Assembly (NCBI GenBank): GCA_038109055.1
Contig: JAYNIM010000006.1
Coordinates: forward strand, 13,334-77,333
Direction: 5' to 3'
DNA: 64,000 bases
Source of the DNA: a bacterium
Lineage (GTDB): Bacteria; Margulisbacteria; Marinamargulisbacteria; GCA-2716485; JAYNIM01
Below the pieces are notes generated by a model. It was not told the DNA's origin. It saw only the letters and a program-made list of their open reading frames with translations, and ran no database searches. Position 1 is the first letter of the stretch; each line of letters opens with the position of its first letter. Positions 23,244 to 32,205 of this stretch are shown piece after piece. A program made the position numbers and the translations under genes.

Positions 23244-23887
23244 GTACTACAATACTCCTTTGGTTGTATATCATATTTCTTCTTCAAACGTTTACCTAAT
23301 GTTAACTGGTCTTCCTTCGGATGCCAATCTAATTTCGTCACAAATTCAACAGGTCTCAAATGTTTCTCAGGTTTACGATGACAATCTAAACACCATCCCA
23401 TACTTAAAGGCTCCACTTGCCTTACAACTTCCATTTGATCAACACGACCATGACAACTCACACAAGAAATACCCGAATTCACGTGTCTACTGTGATTAAA
23501 ATAGGTATAATCCGGCAATGAATGAATTCTAACCCAAGGAATAGGTTCATCATTCGCATAACTCTCATGAAGTTTTTTAATATGGGGACTATCCGTCTTA
23601 ATAACACTATGACAGTTCATACACGTCTCCGTTGCAGGAATATTAGAATGACCCGCTTTTTGAACCTGAGTATGACAATATCGACAATCCAATCCCAACT
23701 CTCCAGCATGCAAACGATGACTAAAAGGAATAGGTTGCTCCGGTTGATACCCCACATTCAAATGCTTGGGAGAAAACCAATACCAAAACACAAAAACAAC
23801 AAAAGAAAGCAAAGAAAACAAAGACAAACCAACTATCATTGGAACATGATTTGCCCACTTAGGAAAAATTTGTCTAGACTTCTTCAT
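23231..23887 (-). CDS. actA: ACIII pentaheme cytochrome c ActA
   Basis: One TM, QPIPFSH, five CxxCH motifs (CRYCH, CMNCH, CVSCH, CLDCH, CSTCH). Confidence 0.95.
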   Translation of the reverse strand: MKKSRQIFPKWANHVPMIVGLSLFSLLSFVVFVFWYWFSPKHLNVGYQPEQPIPFSHRLHAGELGLDCRYCHTQVQKAGHSNIPATETCMNCHSVIKTDSPHIKKLHESYANDEPIPWVRIHSLPDYTYFNHSRHVNSGISCVSCHGRVDQMEVVRQVEPLSMGWCLDCHRKPEKHLRPVEFVTKLDWHPKEDQLTLGKRLKKKYDIQPKEYCSTCHR

Positions 23888-23970
23888 AAATTAATATATA
23901 CCAACCAAATAAATTAAAAAGTTTTGCTAAATATACCACAAGATGTTGCTCAAGAAAACACACCTTTTTA

Positions 23971-24777
23971 TTAATATCTAAAATCACGATAAACAAATCG
24001 AGAAATAAGGGCAGAAGATCTCATCGGAGAAATCGAAATTCCCCCTCGACGAACAAAAGACGCAGACACTGTTAACGAATCAAAAACACCCAAGCCCCAT
24101 AAATCTCGATACATAGAATCAACACAGACCTCATGAAAATCCAACTTCGTCCGATACGCACAGACATACGACAATAATGAAGCCTCATCAATTAACGCAC
24201 CTTCATAATCAACAAAAACAGTAGCCCAATCTGGTTGTTGCGTCACCGGACACAAAGACCGAAACAACTGAGTATACACCTTTTTTTTAGCCTTGATCGT
24301 TGAATCATACAAAAGCTGTGATATATCAGGCCTATCCATACACACAAACTCATCAACTTTATCCAAGCTCTGGTACACAGACGGAATCACAGATGACCAC
24401 AGCGACGTATCCTCCAAACAACAACTCACCTCAACCTCTAAACAAGCTGTTAAATCGTCAGAAATACAACACAAAAGATCTTTAACCGTCTCAAAGCGTT
24501 GCTGATTAAAGGCAAGTAAATACAACTTCAAAGACTTAGACTCAACTAAAAATTTAGAGGAACGATCCACAGAAAAAGAAAGAACAACAGAAAAAGGTTT
24601 CGCATTTAAAAAAAGGGCCGACACTTCATAACAACACCAAAAATCACACCCATAAACACTAATCGCCTGACCATCATCCCCACAAAGAGCTTGTCTAGGT
24701 AAACGTTGCAAAATGTCCGGATGATGACCATCCCGGATACTACTTAAACGACCTAGATACGGAGACGAATACTTCAT
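23971..24777 (-). CDS. queF: NADPH-dependent 7-cyano-7-deazaguanine reductase, bimodular type
   Basis: QueF motif VESKSLKLYL, catalytic CPVTQQPDW, FHEVCV, RRGG. Confidence 0.9.
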   Translation of the reverse strand: MKYSSPYLGRLSSIRDGHHPDILQRLPRQALCGDDGQAISVYGCDFWCCYEVSALFLNAKPFSVVLSFSVDRSSKFLVESKSLKLYLLAFNQQRFETVKDLLCCISDDLTACLEVEVSCCLEDTSLWSSVIPSVYQSLDKVDEFVCMDRPDISQLLYDSTIKAKKKVYTQLFRSLCPVTQQPDWATVFVDYEGALIDEASLLSYVCAYRTKLDFHEVCVDSMYRDLWGLGVFDSLTVSASFVRRGGISISPMRSSALISRFVYRDFRY

Positions 24778-24797
24778 GCCCTAAACCTCATCCCTTT

Positions 24798-24977
24798 TCA
24801 AAAAAAAAACGTCGATAAAATTGTAAACAAACGATAACCCAAATAAACACCCAAAACGCCACAAACCCCAGCAAAGGTGGGAGGCGCAGGAAGAGGCAGT
24901 CGACACAACATAAAAATCAGGCCTAAAACACAGCCTACGGCTGTAGATAATAATGAGGTAATAATAATCTGAATCAT
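24798..24977 (-). CDS. XapX-domain (DUF1427) small membrane protein
   Basis: Start MIQIII after GAGGAG; LPLPAPP..GVCGVLGVYLG. Confidence 0.75.
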   Translation of the reverse strand: MIQIIITSLLSTAVGCVLGLIFMLCRLPLPAPPTFAGVCGVLGVYLGYRLFTILSTFFF

Positions 24978-25017
24978 CCCTACTCCTCGTTCAAATTCTG
25001 CTGTATCATAATGCTTT

Positions 25018-25914
25018 ATGAACGTTAAAACAAGCCAACATATCGCAGATACCTTGTGTGAAAAAATAAAACAAAAAAGCTGTATATGTTTAGGCTTTGA
25101 TCCCGTCATTGAACAGATTCCAGACTTTTTAAAACAACGCGCCAATATACACACAATTCTATCTACATTTTTTGACCTCATGCTAGAAGCCTTACATGAC
25201 AAAATAGCCATGATAAAGTTTCAATCCGCAGATTTTGAATATTTTGGCGTTGAGGGTATGAAAGCGCTTGCCAACTGTCTCCAAAAAACAAAAGATGCCG
25301 GTATTTTACGACTTTTGGACGTAAAACGCGGAGATATTGGACGAAGTTCTGATGCCTATGCCAACGCCTATCTCTCCCCTACCCGACAACTAACAAACGA
25401 TGTACAACGTAATGAGTTTGAAGCAGACGCCATCACCATTAGCCCTTATTTAGGCAGTGACAGCCTAGAAAGCTTTTTCACTGCAGCAAAAACATACAAC
25501 AAAGGCCTTTTTGTTTTATTAAAAACCTCAAATCCAGGTGCCCCCCTTATTCAAGACATAGAAAATACACAAGGCAGTGTAAGCACCCAACTAGCAAAAT
25601 GGTTACATACTCAATGTGAAACAGATAAAGGAAAAAGTGGCTTTAGTCGTATTGGCGTTGTCGTAGGCGCAACACACAGTCATGCCGCAGATTTTCGTAA
25701 ACTCTTACCTCATAGCTTTTTCCTCATGCCCGGACTAGGCGCCCAAGGAGGATCAACTCACACTGTCAAACAATGTATGACCCCACAACAAGAAGGAGTG
25801 ATTGCCCCAGTATCTCGTGCACTTTTGTATCCTGAAACTAACACAAGCTCTGCTAAGGCGTATCAATCCAGTATCCAACAAGCCTTTAATTCCCTATACA
25901 AAGACATCCTATGA
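25018..25914 (+). CDS. pyrF: Orotidine-5'-phosphate decarboxylase
   Basis: CLGFDP, LDVKRGDIG, KTSNPG, GVVVGAT, PGLGAQGG, SR. Confidence 0.93.
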   Translation: MNVKTSQHIADTLCEKIKQKSCICLGFDPVIEQIPDFLKQRANIHTILSTFFDLMLEALHDKIAMIKFQSADFEYFGVEGMKALANCLQKTKDAGILRLLDVKRGDIGRSSDAYANAYLSPTRQLTNDVQRNEFEADAITISPYLGSDSLESFFTAAKTYNKGLFVLLKTSNPGAPLIQDIENTQGSVSTQLAKWLHTQCETDKGKSGFSRIGVVVGATHSHAADFRKLLPHSFFLMPGLGAQGGSTHTVKQCMTPQQEGVIAPVSRALLYPETNTSSAKAYQSSIQQAFNSLYKDIL

Positions 25915-26176
25915 TGAGAGTGTAAAAGGATCAGTTACTTGTTGTTAGACTAGTTCAGAGTGCTGTTATTGCTGTTGTTGAGCCTTTCATTATTACCTCC
26001 CAGAAGTCTATCTATACCAATTAAACATAAAAAGCAAAAAATGTTTCATAAAAATTGATACGACCATTTTAAACACAAACACATGACAATGATCGGATTT
26101 AGTTAAAAATATCTCGACGATGACCACAGAAATACTTTTATCATCTTATAGCTAACACAGTACAAATCTCTTTACC

Positions 26177-26431
26177 CTAGCCATATATTATTTTAAAACT
26201 AATAATCAATAGGCCTAACATTAATGCAACACTCTGCCCAATCATAAGAACATAATCATGGATACCAATGCCATACATTAACCAGGCAACCAATCCTATA
26301 ACATAAATAACATACGACATTAATGACAGGTCCTTTGTTTGTTTTGTTTTAAAAATTCGTAATGTTTGTGGCAAAAAAGCAAGTGTTGTACACGTAGCTG
26401 CCAATATACCTAAACTAGTTAATGTCATCAT
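26177..26431 (-). CDS. SemiSWEET / PQ-loop transporter
   Basis: TTLAFLPQ, KTKQTKDLS, WLMYG; three TM helices. Confidence 0.88.
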   Translation of the reverse strand: MMTLTSLGILAATCTTLAFLPQTLRIFKTKQTKDLSLMSYVIYVIGLVAWLMYGIGIHDYVLMIGQSVALMLGLLIISFKIIYG

Positions 26432-26642
26432 AATGCATCCTTAATACAATACTACTGTTAACGATAAAACATCCTAAAAATCCCAACTAATTACCCGCTA
26501 AAATAACTGAATAGCCTCTCCAAGCTTACCTATACTAAATTGTACGTGAAAATTTTAAATTATGATATCAAATGATTTAAAATAAATCATACTTCATTAA
26601 AAAAATGTAAAATATGTCAATCTTAAAATATATTCAAATAAA

Positions 26643-28100
26643 TTAATGACAATTTTTAAGACGCCTTTGAACATCATTTGGTAATTCCTTAAGCATGACT
26701 ACCATAAACTTTTGTCCAGATGGGGCTATTAAACATGTTTGATTATAAGGAGCCCCAATAATCCTTACTGCATTAACATCTGCGTTATATTTTTTGACAA
26801 CAAACCATTTACCAAGCCTATCTAAATCTTCATATTTTAATCCACTAGAATTTTTTTTAAGTGCCCAACGATTAATATTAAACTCTTGAGATTTATAAAA
26901 ATTATCCCAAGTCTTTACATCAACTTTCAGTAATATCCTCATATTTCTTTTAGAATCAAAAAAGTCAGATATATAACACCCCTCTTTTTCAGCCTGTAAA
27001 AAAAGCTCCTCTATATAACATTTAGCTGCCTCATCTTTTTGAAACGATAGCTGCTTAGCTGGACACGATTTTATGATAGAGCTTGGTTTTGGTGTAAGTT
27101 TTGGTTTAGGCTTCGGTTTTATTGGTTTAACTGGTTCTACTGGTTTAACAGAAGCTTGGAGATCTTCTGACTGATTTAAAGGGACTGGATTCTTAGAAAT
27201 AGCTTCAACTACTTCCAGATCTTGCGTTGGTTTAACGTCATCCATCAACAAACTCCTGTCAGGCATTAACCGGTCATGATCCTTTTTGAAATCAAAATCA
27301 TAATATTCTTGTTGTAACGTCAAAAGAAAAGCCTTAGTCTCAGACGACGGTGAGTGAACACCCGCACAATCATATAAATTAGATAAAAAACGATAATCAA
27401 TAACAGCAATGACACTAAAAGCTAAAATAGCCAAAGCAGCTAATAAAAAATCATATGGATTTTTATTAATAAGAAACATTAGTCGATTAAAATAAAGCCC
27501 AGATTGATAATCTCTAAATTCTTGATATGAGGTAAAAACAAGATATTGGTCAGAATTATAATCTGGAAATATTTGAAAAGGAATAGCCCCTCCACAAGAA
27601 AAATCTAAATGATGCCCAGAACGAAAAAACGCTTCCAAATCAAGCAACTTTAACGCATCTTTATAAGCCTCAATGACATGAGACGAAAGATCTCCATAAT
27701 GTGAGTTAAATATACGCCTTGCCCATATAGATTCACCGTCACGATTCCGTTGCTGATTCCCGTTTGAAAGACTCTGACATAAGACAAATCTTTCCATCGA
27801 AGAGTCTTGGCCTTGTAAAAAATCGTTCTTAGCCTCAAAATCTGAATCGATGGGTCCTTGATACAATTTACTTAACTGAGCCAAATTTTTATCTATTAAA
27901 TATTCTCTTCTACCTGATGCATAGGTCTGAGCTCCAATCAAGGCACTCTCTATGCGATTCAAAGTTGAATCAATATTAGCTATTAATCTATAAGTGGTTT
28001 TTAGCGCTATACCTAAAAATCCACATGCAACAGAACGGCGTAGGGTAGACCAATGAAAAGTTGGTCTTTCTAGATTAAATCGTATTGTATCAGTATTCAT
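26643..28100 (-). CDS. Hypothetical protein with a central TM helix and a Pro/Lys-rich linker
   Basis: 485-aa ORF with GGAG upstream; no family recognised. Confidence 0.6.
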   Translation of the reverse strand: MNTDTIRFNLERPTFHWSTLRRSVACGFLGIALKTTYRLIANIDSTLNRIESALIGAQTYASGRREYLIDKNLAQLSKLYQGPIDSDFEAKNDFLQGQDSSMERFVLCQSLSNGNQQRNRDGESIWARRIFNSHYGDLSSHVIEAYKDALKLLDLEAFFRSGHHLDFSCGGAIPFQIFPDYNSDQYLVFTSYQEFRDYQSGLYFNRLMFLINKNPYDFLLAALAILAFSVIAVIDYRFLSNLYDCAGVHSPSSETKAFLLTLQQEYYDFDFKKDHDRLMPDRSLLMDDVKPTQDLEVVEAISKNPVPLNQSEDLQASVKPVEPVKPIKPKPKPKLTPKPSSIIKSCPAKQLSFQKDEAAKCYIEELFLQAEKEGCYISDFFDSKRNMRILLKVDVKTWDNFYKSQEFNINRWALKKNSSGLKYEDLDRLGKWFVVKKYNADVNAVRIIGAPYNQTCLIAPSGQKFMVVMLKELPNDVQRRLKNCH

Positions 28101-28196
28101 TTACTTAAACTCCATATTTTCAATATCCCCCCTTATATAGCTTTGTAATAAATTACAAGTTTACATTATATAAAAATAAAGTAATGATATTTTTTA

Positions 28197-29048
28197 TTAA
28201 ATGCCCTTACTAATCATGAAAGAAATTCGAGAACCTAGTAAATTTTCATCCTGATTATTTTTAACATCTGAATAATCTAAAAGTGCTGTTAATGCATACT
28301 CTTTTGCAAAGGAATAAGAAACACCAAATCCAAAATAGATACCAACCCCATATTGATGATTATTTTCAGGAAAGGTAAAAAAAGCAGGATCTTGATTACC
28401 ACTAATACTCTTTAAATCAAAATTAAACGCAGTCGCCACATAATTGAACCCACCATTCACAACATACTCAAGTTTTTCATGAAACGATTGACGATACTCA
28501 ACTCCTAAACGATACTGAAAACTTTCATAGCTTTTTTCTTTTTGAATAGTCGCAAATACAGTTTCTTTTGTAGTTGAATGAACGCCCTGAATATCTTTAG
28601 ATCCTTTAGCATAGTGTTTTCCATAAAGAAACAATGATTGAATATAAAATGGACGTTTCTTAATTTGCCAAGCACTTTTTAAACCCACTGTAGGCCCCGA
28701 ACCTAAATGAAAATCATTGATTTGCTTCACACCATAATATTGCTGTCCTAACTCCAGGCCAAAAAAAGAAGGTGTTAAAACAGATTTAAAGCCTGATAAT
28801 TTATTTTTTTGGAATAGCATCGATTGAGAAGCTGCTGTTTTTTTATGAGACAGGTCATCTTTTGAAAACATAGCCCGCTGCTCCATAGCCTTTGAATCTA
28901 TCTTTATTGAAGACCCCATCTTTTTAGAACACATCGTATCTTTTGAACAATGACTCTTAAAAGAAACATCCATCGCTTGTAGAGATGTCATCATCAACGA
29001 CACCCCCATAATAGTCATTACTCCTAATAGCAATTTTTTATTTTTCAT
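28197..29048 (-). CDS. Exported protein, probable outer-membrane beta-barrel with a Met/Cys/His-rich N-terminus
   Basis: AAGGAG RBS before ATG 29048; signal peptide ending SLQA; alternating aromatic/Gly strands (YRLGVEY, GIYFGFGVSYSF). Confidence 0.6.
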   Translation of the reverse strand: MKNKKLLLGVMTIMGVSLMMTSLQAMDVSFKSHCSKDTMCSKKMGSSIKIDSKAMEQRAMFSKDDLSHKKTAASQSMLFQKNKLSGFKSVLTPSFFGLELGQQYYGVKQINDFHLGSGPTVGLKSAWQIKKRPFYIQSLFLYGKHYAKGSKDIQGVHSTTKETVFATIQKEKSYESFQYRLGVEYRQSFHEKLEYVVNGGFNYVATAFNFDLKSISGNQDPAFFTFPENNHQYGVGIYFGFGVSYSFAKEYALTALLDYSDVKNNQDENLLGSRISFMISKGI

Positions 29049-29088
29049 CTTAATACTCCTTGCTGCTGTTTTTCGCAACATAGACATA

Positions 29089-29114
29089 TTCGTTAAAAAA
29101 TAAAAAAGGTTACA
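29089..29114 (-). promoter_or_regulatory. ECF (SigF/ECF16-type) promoter TGTAACC-N15-CGAA
   Basis: Matches the GTAACC...CGAA consensus of SigF-NrsF systems, directly downstream of the sigma/anti-sigma pair. Confidence 0.7.
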
Positions 29115-29115
29115 C

Positions 29116-29754
29116 TTAAAGTTTTTTTAAAAATGTTGTCCCTAAAAAATATCCCAAAATACTACAAAAAAACACGGGTAATATATGCCAAAGTAATAAA
29201 TGCATATGATCCATAATATAACAATGATGCCCAATCACCCACCAAGCGACACATGAAGCTGTTGATACTAAATAAAACCCTGCCAAAGACCGCTGTAAAA
29301 AAACAAAATACCGTTGCAAATAACGCAAGAAAAAACTAAGTAGTCCTACCATAACACAAACTTTTAATGCACAAGAAAACGTAGATTCAAAATAAAACAG
29401 CAATACATCCTTTTTCATCATCAAAAATGGCCCCTCCCAGCACCATATACAAAGCAAAGAAAGCCAAATCACTCCCAACAAATATTCCACTCCCTTAAAC
29501 CGCCGACCTGGGACACCTGCAAAACAAAACTGAATTAACATCCCTATACAAAGCACCATAACAAGTAAACTTTCCATCGTGATAAAATCCATAAACAAAG
29601 CATGATCTACACGTCTCCCCAAAAGATATAAAAACAAACTTGCAAATAAACTCAATAAACAAAAAAGCCCCATAACCACAAAACGTAAAGGCGGTAAAAC
29701 AGGTACTTTTTTCAGATCTTTCAATAAAAATTCTTTCATCTTATTCATCGTCAT
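29116..29754 (-). CDS. NrsF-like (DUF1109) multi-TM anti-sigma factor
   Basis: About six TM helices, HHCYIMDHMHLLLWHILP; 1 nt downstream of the ECF sigma gene. Confidence 0.7.
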   Translation of the reverse strand: MTMNKMKEFLLKDLKKVPVLPPLRFVVMGLFCLLSLFASLFLYLLGRRVDHALFMDFITMESLLVMVLCIGMLIQFCFAGVPGRRFKGVEYLLGVIWLSLLCIWCWEGPFLMMKKDVLLFYFESTFSCALKVCVMVGLLSFFLRYLQRYFVFLQRSLAGFYLVSTASCVAWWVIGHHCYIMDHMHLLLWHILPVFFCSILGYFLGTTFLKKL

Positions 29755-29755
29755 C

Positions 29756-30346
29756 TTAATTATATATTCGCATCAAAATCCAAACTGTTACAAAAAAACC
29801 CAACAAAGGCCCCTCTTTCTTCAGAAAGTAACGCATTTTTTTAATTAAACGATGCACAGCAACCTTAATCGCAGAGTCACTCTTATTCAAAAATTGAGCC
29901 ACATCTTTTAAACGATATCCATCTAATTTAACCCATCGCAACAATTCTCTTTCATCAATCGATAAGTGAGCCATCATATCCTGTAAAATAAACTTATCAT
30001 CTTGTTTCATCGAATCAACAGAAGCCAACATCTCAAGAATACCCTCTGAATCTAAGACCTGTTTTTCTTTACTTTGGGCTTTAATATAATCCACAATTTT
30101 ATAATGAACAATGGCATAAAACCACGATAAAAACGAACAAGAAGGTTGATAGCTATGACGAGACTGATGCAAGGCCAATAAAATTTCTTGCGCCACATCT
30201 TCACAATGTTCAACCTTAAAAATTTTCTTTGCTAATCTGACTCGTAAAATATCCTGACAAGCATCAATCAAATGAGAATAGGCTTTTTGATCTCCTTTTT
30301 GAACAGCTATCATTAATCCTTTTAAAGAATCATCATCCAAAAGCAT
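29756..30346 (-). CDS. ECF sigma factor, SigF/ECF16-like
   Basis: LMIAVQKGDQKAY, EDVAQEILLALH..RHSY, SWFYAI..YKIVD, AIKVAVHR. Confidence 0.88.
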   Translation of the reverse strand: MLLDDDSLKGLMIAVQKGDQKAYSHLIDACQDILRVRLAKKIFKVEHCEDVAQEILLALHQSRHSYQPSCSFLSWFYAIVHYKIVDYIKAQSKEKQVLDSEGILEMLASVDSMKQDDKFILQDMMAHLSIDERELLRWVKLDGYRLKDVAQFLNKSDSAIKVAVHRLIKKMRYFLKKEGPLLGFFVTVWILMRIYN

Positions 30347-30523
30347 ACTATAAAATATAGCACATAAAAAAATTACGTTACTAAAAAAACATTAGCCCCA
30401 TAAAGTAATCAAATATAACCTTACAATCATTCAAATTAAAAAATATAAATAGTCTCTTAATAAAATCTAACTACGAATTAAAACTACGAATTTTTCTAGA
30501 TAAAGAATGTACATTGCTAATAG

Positions 30524-31750
30524 TTAATAAACTTCCGTCTCTTGGGCATCCTCTACCAATTCCCAAGGATGAATAGGATCAGAATGTCTTTCCCATTGAT
30601 CAGACCCCTGTTCATACTCTTCATCCGTCAATAAACATGCGCTCAAACGCTTATGCAAAAGATCTTTATCCATACCTGTACCAATCAACACCAATTCTTG
30701 GCGCCTATCACCATAGGGCTCTGTCCAATGTTCTATTATAGACGCCATCATATCTTCATCTTCAAGATCCCACTGATTTTTAGGTACAGCTGCCCACCAT
30801 TTTCCTGCAGTCGCAATTTCAGCTAATTTACCTGCAACACTTAATTGACCAACAAAATCCATACGGGTAGATAACCAAAAATATCCCTTGATACGATACA
30901 CCCCCTCAAGGTTTGATTGCATAAAATCCAAGAAACGTTGAGGATGAAATGGGATCTTAGATGTAAAACTAATGCTTGAAATATTATATTCTTCTGTTTC
31001 AGAAATATGCTCTCTTCTCATTTCTTTAAGCCAACCAGCTGCTTGAGAAGCTTTTTCAAAATCAAACAACCCCGTATTAAGTACAGAGGTGATAGGGACA
31101 TCCGAATAATTCGTTTCTATACATCTTGCCTCTGTATTGAGTGCTTTAATAACACCCTTAATTTTTTTTAGATCTTCAGGATGAACCTTATTACTTTTAT
31201 TCAACCAAATAATATTAGCAAACTCAATTTGATCAACCAATAAATAGACAATGCTTCGTTCATCGTCTTCCCCTAAAAATTCTCCTCGATCTTTTAATAA
31301 CTCCAAAGAATCGAGATTATCAAAAAAATGTAAGGCATCAACAACAGTAACCATAGTATCCAACCTCGCAAATTGAGAAAGAGATAGGCCCTCTTCATCT
31401 TCAAAAGTAAAGGTCTCTGCGACAGGTAAGGGCTCACTAATTCCTGTAGATTCAATCACCAAATAATCAAAACGATTTTCTTTTGCCAATCGTTGAATTT
31501 CTATCAACAAATCTTCACGCAAGGTACAACAAATACACCCATTGGACATTTCAACTAACTTTTCTTCTGTACGACTCAGACTTGCATCACCATTTTGAAT
31601 CACTTGTGAATCGATATTAACCTCTGACATATCATTAACAATCACAGCAACTTTTAAATTATCTCTATTCGTTAAAATTCGATTTAAAAGCGTCGTTTTC
31701 CTCGAACCTAAAAATCCAGAAAGAACAGGAACAGGTAATTTTTTAACCAT
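30524..31750 (-). CDS. COG0523 (ZigA/YciC/CobW) metallochaperone GTPase with degenerate G1 and G4 motifs
   Basis: GCICC, ESTGISEP, GDRRQELVLIG; Walker A reads GFLGSRKT and G4 reads NKSN. Confidence 0.9.
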   Translation of the reverse strand: MVKKLPVPVLSGFLGSRKTTLLNRILTNRDNLKVAVIVNDMSEVNIDSQVIQNGDASLSRTEEKLVEMSNGCICCTLREDLLIEIQRLAKENRFDYLVIESTGISEPLPVAETFTFEDEEGLSLSQFARLDTMVTVVDALHFFDNLDSLELLKDRGEFLGEDDERSIVYLLVDQIEFANIIWLNKSNKVHPEDLKKIKGVIKALNTEARCIETNYSDVPITSVLNTGLFDFEKASQAAGWLKEMRREHISETEEYNISSISFTSKIPFHPQRFLDFMQSNLEGVYRIKGYFWLSTRMDFVGQLSVAGKLAEIATAGKWWAAVPKNQWDLEDEDMMASIIEHWTEPYGDRRQELVLIGTGMDKDLLHKRLSACLLTDEEYEQGSDQWERHSDPIHPWELVEDAQETEVY

Positions 31751-31804
31751 CTATATCTACTACTAGTAATTAATAATTCCATTAAATATATAAAAATAAA
31801 ATCA

Positions 31805-31827
31805 TTAATGCAACATTTTCGCATTAA
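31805..31827. promoter_or_regulatory. Putative Zur/Fur-family operator
   Basis: TTAATGCAA-CATTT-TCGCATTAA inverted repeat (1 mismatch), 55 nt upstream of the COG0523 gene. Confidence 0.5.
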
Positions 31828-31980
31828 CAAAAAATAACTATCTTAATTTATGGATTTAAAACCATCTCAGAAAAAGAACTAAGTTCAATTCAAATACTAA
31901 CTGCAGCATGACATAAAAAAATGTTTTTAAAAAAAAATACAAGGGAACAAAGAAATTATCATCCAAAAAAGAGGTTACCC

Positions 31981-32205
31981 ATGACACAAATATAAACAAA
32001 ACAAACACAATCTATAAAAAAAAACGAAACCTTCGACTCTTTTATAAAAAGATTTAATTTAGAAAATACAGTCCCAAACTACGAAACCAAAACAAAAATA
32101 ACAGAAAAAAACAACATGGAAACTGCTGTGGAAACTGTGACCACTGTTCACTCAGATAAAATTATAGCTACCAACATAATCAAAAATAGTTATGAAAGTT
32201 CTTAA
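31981..32205 (+). pseudogene. Decayed small ORF with a Cys-rich motif
   Basis: GAGGT RBS then ATG; TAA at codon 5 and then open to 32205; a shifted frame encodes HGNCCGNCDHCSLR*. Confidence 0.4.

Noticed and set aside
24778..25017. preQ1 riboswitch upstream of queF
   Set aside because: The region is occupied by the XapX ORF and a short divergent promoter; no preQ1 aptamer pattern seen
25912..25957. Stop-codon reassignment or selenocysteine to explain interrupted mini-ORFs
   Set aside because: Conserved genes end normally at TGA, TAA and TAG (e.g. pyrF and oxidase subunit III end at TGA)
30469..30492. AACTACGAATT direct repeat upstream of the ECF sigma gene
   Set aside because: Two copies only in AT-rich DNA, with no assignable regulator
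32124..32147. CGNCDHC as a RecQ zinc-binding fragment
   Set aside because: No other RecQ-like sequence around it; kept only as a generic Cys-rich relic
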